64,000 nt of DNA, taken from contig JAWBXL010000005.1 of assembly GCA_038867895.1 (NCBI GenBank), positions 7,340 through 71,339 of the forward strand, given 5' to 3'. The notes beneath the pieces were generated by a model. That model did not search any database. It saw only the letters and a program-made list of their open reading frames with translations, and was not told the origin of the DNA. Below are positions 56,963 to 64,000 of the stretch, in pieces. The position numbers and the translations under genes are program-made. Origin of the DNA: Candidatus Bathyarchaeia archaeon (GTDB lineage Archaea > Thermoproteota > Bathyarchaeia > Bathyarchaeales > DTEX01). Numbering within the stretch: the first letter of the stretch is position 1; each line of letters opens with the position of its first letter.

Positions 56963-58246
56963 ATGAATCTACAAAAACCATTTGATCCAAACCCTCGAAA
57001 TGTTTTTATGGCGTCATGGATATTAGTTGAGTGGCGTGGTGAAAGAATGTTAGAATCTCCCTTTGATTCAAAAACTTTCGTTGAGAGGCAGATTGAGGAA
57101 ATTAAGCGGGTTATTGGTAATAGTAAAGCACTAGTCGCGGTCTCTGGTGGTGTTGACAGCTCAACTTGCGCCGTATTAACTCACATGGCTATAGGCGATA
57201 ACCTTGTTTGCGTTTTTCTCGATGACGGTTTCATGAGACTTAATGAACCTGAGATTGTTGCCAAGGCCCTCTCAAAACCGCCCATTAACCTCCCAGTAAA
57301 GATTGAGCGAGTTCAAGAGCGCTTCTTAAATGCGCTTGCTGGCATTAAGGATGCCGAGGAAAAACGCAAGGCCTTTAGGGCAACCTTCTATGAGGTTCTG
57401 AGCGAGATAGCGAGGAGGGAGGAATGCGAGTACCTTATACAGGGGACTATCCTAGCCGACGTAATTGAAACTAAAGGTGGGATAAAAACTCAGCATAATG
57501 TCTTAGAGCAGATTGGAATAAATCCACGCGAGCTATATGGTTTCAAGGTTGTTGAGCCGCTTGCAAGCCTACTAAAATGGCAGGTTAGGGAGGTTGCCCG
57601 TTACCTAAAAATTCCACCTGAAATAAGTGAGCGCCAACCTTTTCCAGGACCTGGACTCTCTGTTAGGGTCATCGGCGAGATTAAACCAGATAAACTCATA
57701 ACTTTAAAAAAGGCAACAGCAGTTGTTGAAGATTATCTAGCAATCTATAAGCCAAGCCAATATTTTGCGGCCATAATAGATAATAGATTTAAGCCTAACC
57801 CAAATCTCAAGAAAATTAAGGCTGTTGCCGCAACCTCTCTTGGCGTTAAGCCTGAAAGTATTTCGGTTAAAGTCTTTAGCGATAAGGCTACTGGGGTTAA
57901 GAAGAATAGGCGCAGATATGGCAACATTGTCGCTGTGAGGTGCATTCAAGATGGGACGTATACGCCCCCACTAAATAGCCTTCTTGAAATGCAGAAGAAT
58001 ATCATTGAGTCCAATCCATCTGTTACAAGAGTACTATATTTAATTCATGATTCTGGCATTAAAAAACCATATTCAATAGTAATTAGGGCAATCAAGACAG
58101 AGGACTTTTTAATAGCCAGCGTTGCGGAGGTACCGTGGGATTGCTTAATTAAATGTGCCAGGCGAATCCTCGAAGACTGTCCTGATGTTTCTAACGTATA
58201 TTATGATACGACACCTAAGCCTCCAGCAACAATTGAAATGGAATGA
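56963..58246 (+). CDS. guaAB: GMP synthase ATP-pyrophosphatase subunit (GuaAB) with expanded C-terminal domain; start probably ATG at 57047
   Basis: SGGVDSS, QGTI..DVIE, IKTQHNV, K..VR, RQPFPGPGL.VR, KPPATIE.E. Confidence 0.92.
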   Translation: MNLQKPFDPNPRNVFMASWILVEWRGERMLESPFDSKTFVERQIEEIKRVIGNSKALVAVSGGVDSSTCAVLTHMAIGDNLVCVFLDDGFMRLNEPEIVAKALSKPPINLPVKIERVQERFLNALAGIKDAEEKRKAFRATFYEVLSEIARREECEYLIQGTILADVIETKGGIKTQHNVLEQIGINPRELYGFKVVEPLASLLKWQVREVARYLKIPPEISERQPFPGPGLSVRVIGEIKPDKLITLKKATAVVEDYLAIYKPSQYFAAIIDNRFKPNPNLKKIKAVAATSLGVKPESISVKVFSDKATGVKKNRRRYGNIVAVRCIQDGTYTPPLNSLLEMQKNIIESNPSVTRVLYLIHDSGIKKPYSIVIRAIKTEDFLIASVAEVPWDCLIKCARRILEDCPDVSNVYYDTTPKPPATIEME

Positions 58247-58264
58247 GGGGTTTATCTTACTACC

Positions 58265-58282
58265 TTATAAACATGTTTATAA
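58265..58282. promoter_or_regulatory. 18-bp perfect palindrome TTATAAACATGTTTATAA overlapping the TATA region of the arcadin-1 gene
   Basis: Exactly self-complementary; ~25-45 bp upstream of the ATG at 58308. Confidence 0.4.
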
Positions 58283-58307
58283 TGTTATCTTAAGTTGGTG
58301 TATATTT

Positions 58308-58628
58308 ATGAGAGTTCGAGTTCATAGGATAGAATCGTATAGAGACTTAGATGGGAATCTTGGTAAGCGTATAGAGCTCGTCCAAGAGGAGACAAGTCCA
58401 AGATTTATTGTCAGGCCGGAGAGCGAGGAGGCTAGAGTGGTTCAGGACATGATTAGAGTATTACAGCAGCAGATACCATTATTTAACATACAGTCCCAAA
58501 TAGCTATGCCAAAAATAATTTTGTTTCTAACTGAGCGAGAATATGAAGAACTTGGCGTAGATTTCGACGTTAACCGCGTATATGAGGTTAACTTATCCAA
58601 TCAAACTATAAAGTTCAAAGAGGTTTAG
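58308..58628 (+). CDS. Arcadin-1-like protein (106 aa)
   Basis: D..G...RIELV.E, amphipathic central helix and PKIILFLTE.EYE.LG....V...YEV match recalled Pyrobaculum arcadin-1. The ORF-track start at 58155 overlaps guaAB and is rejected. Confidence 0.78.
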   Translation: MRVRVHRIESYRDLDGNLGKRIELVQEETSPRFIVRPESEEARVVQDMIRVLQQQIPLFNIQSQIAMPKIILFLTEREYEELGVDFDVNRVYEVNLSNQTIKFKEV

Positions 58629-58672
58629 CCGGGAAAACGGAGCCCAAGAAAACAGTTTCCGGGGGAGGCAAG

Positions 58673-58948
58673 TTGAAGGTTAGGGCCCACGTATTTGTGA
58701 GTGGTAGGGTTCAAGGGGTCTTCTTTAGGCATGAAACTAAGTTGAAAGCTATGCAAAACAATGTAACCGGATGGGTCCGCAATTTGCCGGACGGCCGAGT
58801 AGAAGCCGTTTTTGAGGGCGATAAGGAGGCGGTGGAGGCGATGATAGAGTTTTGCCAGAGGGGGCCGCCGGGAGCTAAAGTTGAGAATGTAGAGGTTATA
58901 TGGGAGAACCCAACCAACGAGTTCAAAGACTTTAGAATCAGATACTAG
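58673..58948 (+). CDS. acyP: Acylphosphatase
   Basis: VSGRVQGVFFR, GWVRNLPDGRVE, GPP.A.V. Confidence 0.97.
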   Translation: MKVRAHVFVSGRVQGVFFRHETKLKAMQNNVTGWVRNLPDGRVEAVFEGDKEAVEAMIEFCQRGPPGAKVENVEVIWENPTNEFKDFRIRY

Positions 58949-59041
58949 GTAAGTATTAAATGTTTCTCCTTGCCACCAAAACGAATATTAATGTTGATTT
59001 ACTTTTATTGCTTGTCAGCGAGCTGATAGGTTTGTGAGTTA

Positions 59042-59416
59042 ATGGGGTGGGATATATTGAGTGAGGGGTGGATACAGGCATCTGAAAGAGCTCTTGAGCA
59101 AATAAGGAAGTTAGCTGAAAGGAAAGATATGGATAGACTTGAGTTAGTTCAGTCAATGCGCTTCATCCTAATGGCTCTTCATAGAAGCTTACTCGGATGG
59201 ATGAACTGGGTAAACAATCCAGATATAATGGTCGCCTTCACTAAGGATGAGCTTGCTGAAATGAATAAGAGACTGGCTGACTTCGTTCAAGAGTTCATAA
59301 AGTATGATATCGAGGTTACAAAGCAGGGTGCTAGGAAGAGCAGTATGAGCTTAGAGGCGAGAAGAGAGGCTGAGGAAAGGGCCAGGAGAGAGCCGGGAGA
59401 AACCTTCTATATTTAG
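59042..59416 (+). CDS. DUF2153-like archaeal protein
   Basis: W, DRLELV, SL.GW..WV.NP..M, F..YDIE.T pattern. Confidence 0.7.
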   Translation: MGWDILSEGWIQASERALEQIRKLAERKDMDRLELVQSMRFILMALHRSLLGWMNWVNNPDIMVAFTKDELAEMNKRLADFVQEFIKYDIEVTKQGARKSSMSLEARREAEERARREPGETFYI

Positions 59417-59488
59417 GTATTAGAGAGAGTTAAGGAGATTACTACCAAAAGAAAAGCGGAGATATGAAATAATAGATAAATTCCTTAC

Positions 59489-59875
59489 TTATCTTGGTAC
59501 TTTAAAATGGGATTCTTTTCCCTGGCTAACATATTCTCCGCTGAGCTGCTCACGCACTATTGAAGCTACTCGGATAAAATTCTCTGAACCAAGATATTGT
59601 CTAGGTTTTATGATTATGTAATGTTCTGTCTCTTCAAAGAGAAGTAACCCCAGTAAATCCTTTGGGAAAAACCTTTGCACATCCTCTATACTTCTCTTCC
59701 TCAGCGGTTGACTAGCCCCAGATATAAGAGCAAAATGATCCTCCTCAATGTTGGACTTAACATAAGCCTTGAGTATCCGCGAAATCTCTTCAAGATCCCC
59801 AGAAATAATCTTTAAAATATTGAGCAAATCATCTATGCGTCTTAAAATATCCTTAATGTTAACATCATCCTCCAT
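59489..59875 (-). CDS. Hypothetical protein
   Basis: 128-aa ORF with an N-terminal coiled coil and a conserved-looking C-terminal IKPRQYLG..F...GEYVSQGK.SHF domain. Confidence 0.72.
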   Translation of the reverse strand: MEDDVNIKDILRRIDDLLNILKIISGDLEEISRILKAYVKSNIEEDHFALISGASQPLRKRSIEDVQRFFPKDLLGLLLFEETEHYIIIKPRQYLGSENFIRVASIVREQLSGEYVSQGKESHFKVPR

Positions 59876-60057
59876 TTATGATACCCCCGGAATTATTCCA
59901 GGGGAATAATGATGACTATACAATTATTAGCTCATCGCGCCTGAAAAGTTTATATTTTAGAAAATTTCGCGTTTCTTATAAAGGTTAAATTTATTTTGTT
60001 ACGTCAGATATCTATTTCTGATATCTAAGATGCTTTCTGAAGGAAGGGTCTTCAAAG

Positions 60058-61098
60058 ATGCTAAAAATTGATGGTGGACAGAAGAGTGGCAGCGGAACTA
60101 TTCTGCGCCTATCGGTCGCTTTCGCTAGCATTCTAGGTGAACCTCTATATATCTATAACATTAGGAAAAAGCGAAGCGAACCGGGTTTAAGGCCACAGCA
60201 CTTGGAGTCGGTTCTTACCGCGGCTAAGCTTTGTAACGCCGAGATTAAAGGGGCTTATGTTGGTTCTCAGGAGCTCTGGTTTGAGCCTAAAGAAATAAGT
60301 GGTGGGGAGATATATGCTGAGATAGGGACAGCTGGGAGCATACCAATGCTAATAATGACTGTCCTGCCAATATGCACGTTCGCTAAGAAGCCCGTCACAT
60401 TGAAGATCTCAAAGGGTGGAACCGACGTCAAAAATTCTCCAACTATAAACTATTTGATAAATGTTTCCCTAAGGATTCTTGAAAGGATGGGGTTAAAGGC
60501 GGAGATCGAGGTTAAGAAGTATGGGTATTATCCGAGGGGTATGGGCGAAGTTATATTAAGGGTTCAGCCATCCAAAGGGCTTAAGCCCATAAGGCTTGAG
60601 GAGTTCGGCGAGATAAACTCTGTCGGAGGGGTCTCCCTCTGCACATTTCTAGCGGACAGAAAGGTTGCTGAAAGGCAAGCTAAAGAAGCCAAGAAAATTC
60701 TGAGGGCTAGAGGTTTAGACCCGAAGATCCGCATAATAAATGATTTCTCAAACCCCCTACAGAAGGGTAGTTCACTTGTCCTCTGGGCCGAAACCGATAA
60801 GGGAGCGCTCTTGGGGAGCGACTCAATAGGCGAGCTCGGAAAAACTAGTGAGGCGGTCGCTCAAGACGCTGCGAAAGGACTTCTCGAAGAGATCGATGCC
60901 AAGGCGACTGTTGATGTGCATATGGCTGATATACTGGTTCCCTATGTAGCATTAGCAGAGGGCGAGTCAGTATACTTAACAAGAATGTTCTCTGATCACC
61001 TTGAATCAAATATATGGCTTGCCGAAGAGATACTTGGCGTTAAATTTGATGTTAAGAAGATAAATGGTCTCTATAGGGTTGAGAAGAGGGGATCTTGA
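60058..61098 (+). CDS. rtcA: RNA 3'-terminal phosphate cyclase
   Basis: IDG...SG.ILR, R..PGLRPQH, GGTDV, GYYPRG.GEV, VDVHMAD, DHL.SN. Confidence 0.95.
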   Translation: MLKIDGGQKSGSGTILRLSVAFASILGEPLYIYNIRKKRSEPGLRPQHLESVLTAAKLCNAEIKGAYVGSQELWFEPKEISGGEIYAEIGTAGSIPMLIMTVLPICTFAKKPVTLKISKGGTDVKNSPTINYLINVSLRILERMGLKAEIEVKKYGYYPRGMGEVILRVQPSKGLKPIRLEEFGEINSVGGVSLCTFLADRKVAERQAKEAKKILRARGLDPKIRIINDFSNPLQKGSSLVLWAETDKGALLGSDSIGELGKTSEAVAQDAAKGLLEEIDAKATVDVHMADILVPYVALAEGESVYLTRMFSDHLESNIWLAEEILGVKFDVKKINGLYRVEKRGS

Positions 61099-62215
61099 AT
61101 TGACCAACGAGGTTTTTAGAGCGAAGGTAAGGGGAATTTATAGTACAGCACTAACAAAGATCTTGCTTGACAACGGCTTTAGAATAGTTCAACCTTCAAG
61201 GGCGATAAGGGAAAGATTTAATCTGCCAATCGCAGAAGAAAATTACCAACCAGATATTGAGATATTCGACAGATTTGATAAGCAGGGCATTAATGTAATT
61301 GGCAGAGCTGCCGCCGTTAGTAAAGTTTCATCTGCATTGCTAGATTTACTTGATGATGTAATAATTAGACGTCAGATACCGATTTTTGCGACCGCCCAAT
61401 TATTCAGCGGGGATGGTGCGCACTCAGGATTAAATGAGGATTTATATGAGGCGATAAGGGATATAGAGGATGCGTCATCCGATATGAGGATGCGCATTGA
61501 TGTCGAATTTCCATCTCTCTCGAAGAAAAAATTGGATGAAATAAGAAGTGCTATTGTGCCAACTTTAAGTGGGCATCATTATTATAAGGCCTGTGGGGGA
61601 AAGATTGCTGGCATGCTTGAGATGGCTGAGAAGCTCCTTGAAAGCGGCTATCCCCCCAAAGAGACTGAAGGGATTTTTAAAGAATGTGTATCACGCGAGT
61701 ACCCCCATGAAAACTCGAAGATAAGTATAGAGCACGTAAAAATCAACGGTAGAATTTTTAATCTCGGTGAGGCGCATATGGCCGAATTTAACGAGAGTGA
61801 GAAGCATATGAAGCTCATTAGAGTCTTCTCTTCTCAAGGTGTTTACGATGGGCTTAACGTTCCAAAGGAGCCGGGCGACTACGCCGTCACAACCCTCAGG
61901 ATAGGCGACTGGTTTCTCCGGACATCATATTTCTCTAGAGATGGCGAGTATAAAGGTACTTATGTGAACATAAACACTCCAATAGAACTCTATCCGACTA
62001 AGATAAGATATGTGGATCTTGAGGTCGATATCTGCATGTGGCCGGATGGGAGAACACGAAAGATAGATTTTGAGAAATTAGACAAGTTTGCGCAGATGTG
62101 TTATATCTCAAAGAGATTAAAAGATATTGTTTATGAGAAAGCTAAAGAATTAATGAACTCTTTAAGAGTTGATTTAGAAATTGAAGCCAAAACTATCGGT
62201 AAGGGGACGCACTAA
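61064..62215 (+). CDS. FAU-1/AU-binding-like ribonuclease with DUF402 domain; start likely TTG ~61099
   Basis: VRGIYSTALT, IVQPS..IRERF, LDEIR..VPT..GHH..K, G.YDGL, G.YVNINTPIE, YVDLEVD. Confidence 0.85.
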   Translation: MVSIGLRRGDLELTNEVFRAKVRGIYSTALTKILLDNGFRIVQPSRAIRERFNLPIAEENYQPDIEIFDRFDKQGINVIGRAAAVSKVSSALLDLLDDVIIRRQIPIFATAQLFSGDGAHSGLNEDLYEAIRDIEDASSDMRMRIDVEFPSLSKKKLDEIRSAIVPTLSGHHYYKACGGKIAGMLEMAEKLLESGYPPKETEGIFKECVSREYPHENSKISIEHVKINGRIFNLGEAHMAEFNESEKHMKLIRVFSSQGVYDGLNVPKEPGDYAVTTLRIGDWFLRTSYFSRDGEYKGTYVNINTPIELYPTKIRYVDLEVDICMWPDGRTRKIDFEKLDKFAQMCYISKRLKDIVYEKAKELMNSLRVDLEIEAKTIGKGTH

Positions 62216-62276
62216 ACCAATTTAACAAATTCCTAAAGTAAAGAATATATTTCTCCCTTTGCATCTTTTTTAGCTG

Positions 62277-63260
62277 GTGAAGGTTATGGCAGGCACATTG
62301 AAGTTAAGGCTTGCGATGCTCGCGACGTTAGCTATAATAATAGGAATATCCACGCTTGTCATAACGGTTATACTCTCGTATCTTGGAGCCAGTCTCATAA
62401 CCATAGGGGTCTTCGTAGTTATAGTGAATGTTTTCCAGTGGCTTATAGCTCCATACATAATTGATGCGATTTATAGAACTAGAAAAGTTTCGAGAGGCGA
62501 GAGACCCGAGCTATATGAAGTTCTTAAGAGAGTGAGCGCTAAAAGCGGAATTAAAACACCAGAATTGAGGATTGCTGATATCTCAATACCAAATGCGTTC
62601 GCATATGGCTCGCCCTTAACTGGCAATAGAGTGGCAGTTACATCCGGGTTACTTAATACATTGAGTCTAGATGAAGTTGAGGCGGTTATAGGACATGAGG
62701 TTGGACACTTAAAGCACCGAGATGTTCAAATAATGATGTTCGTGTCCCTTCTTCCAGCAATATTCTACTATATTGGCTATTCACTGATGTGGTCATCAAT
62801 GTACTATGGTAGCAGAAGAGATAGCCGTGGAAATGGAGGGCTTGCCGCATTAATTGGTTTTCTCAGCATTACCATATACTGGATTCTAACATTATTCACG
62901 TTACATCTTAGCAGATTAAGGGAGTATTATGCTGATAGGCATAGTGCTTCAGTAGTGCCTGATGGCGCAAGAAAACTTTCACTTGGTCTGGTGAAAATAG
63001 TTGAGTCAACGACAAGAGTGCGTACGCGCTACGCTAACCTAGGAAGCCTAAGCTCCTTCAAGGCGCTCTTTATCGCCGATCCAGATAGTGCCTTGAGTGA
63101 CTTAAATGATCTTTCAAGATATGGATTCGCAAAAGATGAAAGTGCTCTTCTAACAAAGTATTTAGAGCGAAAAGTGACTTTGGCTGACCGTGTAGTCGAA
63201 TTATTCTCAACGCATCCAAACATTGTTAAAAGATTGAAGGCACTTCTGGAAGCAGCGTAA
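62277..63260 (+). CDS. htpX: Zinc metalloprotease HtpX (M48)
   Basis: PNAFAYG, GHEVGH (HExxH), SRLREYYAD, FSTHP. Confidence 0.95.
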   Translation: MKVMAGTLKLRLAMLATLAIIIGISTLVITVILSYLGASLITIGVFVVIVNVFQWLIAPYIIDAIYRTRKVSRGERPELYEVLKRVSAKSGIKTPELRIADISIPNAFAYGSPLTGNRVAVTSGLLNTLSLDEVEAVIGHEVGHLKHRDVQIMMFVSLLPAIFYYIGYSLMWSSMYYGSRRDSRGNGGLAALIGFLSITIYWILTLFTLHLSRLREYYADRHSASVVPDGARKLSLGLVKIVESTTRVRTRYANLGSLSSFKALFIADPDSALSDLNDLSRYGFAKDESALLTKYLERKVTLADRVVELFSTHPNIVKRLKALLEAA

Positions 63261-63360
63261 GTCTCAATTTAAACCATAATATTTTCTGGCAACAGTAATT
63301 TTAACCTAAGAAATATAGAAGTATTTAAACTACTTTTTCTTTAAATTTTATGCTCATGTT

Positions 63361-63972
63361 TTGGTGGTGCCGATGAGTTTAGATATTGAATTTGAAGTTC
63401 CTTCATGGGATGAAATTTATGAAATGCTGCTAACTTTGGCTGACACGATAAAGAGGGACTCGTTTAACCCAGATGTTATTGTTGGCGTTTCACGCGGCGG
63501 CTGGCCTCCAGCAAGAGTTATGTCAGACCTCCTTGGGAATGTTGAGCTGGCCAGTATTCGTGTAGAATTTTATCGTAACGTATCTGAGACTGGCAGTGAA
63601 CCAGTTATAACTCAGCCCCTCTCTCTTCCAGTTAAGGGTAAAAGTGTGCTTATTATGGATGATGTTGCGGATACTGGAAAGAGCTTAAAGGTTGTTAGGG
63701 ATCATGTCGCCAGGGGCGGCGCTGGGAGCATCAAGATTGCGACAATTTATTATAAACCTTGGAGCATAATTGTTCCAGACTATTATGTGAGGGTTACAAG
63801 ACGCTGGATAGTCTTTCCATGGGAGAGGAGAGAAACGGTTAGGAGCCTTATTGGGAGATGCAGGCGCGATGGAATATCGATTGATGAAGTTAGGAGGAGA
63901 CTGACTGAGGGTGGAATGGATGAACGCCTACTGGAGAGATTTATAGCAGAGGTTCTGGAGGAAGAAAAATGA
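63361..63972 (+). CDS. Type I phosphoribosyltransferase (xanthine/hypoxanthine-guanine PRT-like); start likely ATG at 63373
   Basis: SRGG, VLIMDDVADTGKS PRPP loop, W.VFPWE. Confidence 0.9.
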   Translation: MVVPMSLDIEFEVPSWDEIYEMLLTLADTIKRDSFNPDVIVGVSRGGWPPARVMSDLLGNVELASIRVEFYRNVSETGSEPVITQPLSLPVKGKSVLIMDDVADTGKSLKVVRDHVARGGAGSIKIATIYYKPWSIIVPDYYVRVTRRWIVFPWERRETVRSLIGRCRRDGISIDEVRRRLTEGGMDERLLERFIAEVLEEEK

Positions 63973-64000
63973 TAGAGGCGGAAGTTTTAGGCAAGTATCT

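Noticed and set aside
59884-60030. GC hairpin (CCCCGGAAT...TTCCAGGGG) and AGATATC-N7-GATATCT in the divergent promoter upstream of rtcA
   Set aside because: Short single occurrences that could arise by chance; no supporting context.
869-63223. Many short ORF-track entries antisense to or nested in long genes (e.g. 2372-2788, 20643-21167, 38309-38695, 49845-50225)
   Set aside because: Shadow ORFs of well-supported genes, with no motifs and Ser/Ile/Pro-rich antisense composition.
1-64000. CRISPR arrays, integrases/transposases, inteins, rRNA genes, selenocysteine/pyrrolysine read-through
   Set aside because: No regularly spaced repeats or recombinase motifs seen; rfcS and leuS are normal length; the split genes are explained by frameshifts, not in-frame stops.

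Overview
Archaeal chromosomal window, probably Bathyarchaeia or a related TACK lineage. This is inferred from the archaeal LeuRS/AlaRS/P1, RFC, arcadin-1, CdrS and DUF2153 proteins, a tRNA with a BHB intron, and C/D-box sRNAs. Housekeeping flanks (GT2, leuS, alaS, rpl12 on the left; tRNA-Asn, tRNA-Ile2, rfcSL, moaBC, pyrF, guaAB, rtcA, htpX on the right) enclose a ~37.5 kb catabolic block (7850-45308) that ends next to the 3' end of tRNA-Asn. The block encodes an AroY/LpdC-clade UbiD decarboxylase, an AthL/BthL-like pyrogallol transhydroxylase pair, a second Cys-ligated Mo/W-bisPGD enzyme, an SDR, CocE-type and alpha/beta hydrolases, a Liv-type ABC importer, a QueG/RdhA-like corrinoid Fe-S protein, an AprAB-like pair, and an E1/E2 plus LplA plus SucCD module. 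Together these suggest an archaeal anaerobic gallate/polyphenol degradation system; this is an inference. Features missed by the ORF track include three C/D-box sRNA candidates (one predicted to guide 23S Gm2251), a tRNA-Asn intron at the non-canonical 30/31 position, two small ORFs including a CdrS-like RHH protein, and three frameshifts at homopolymer runs. Family assignments come from recognised motifs and recalled reference sequences; no database searches were run.
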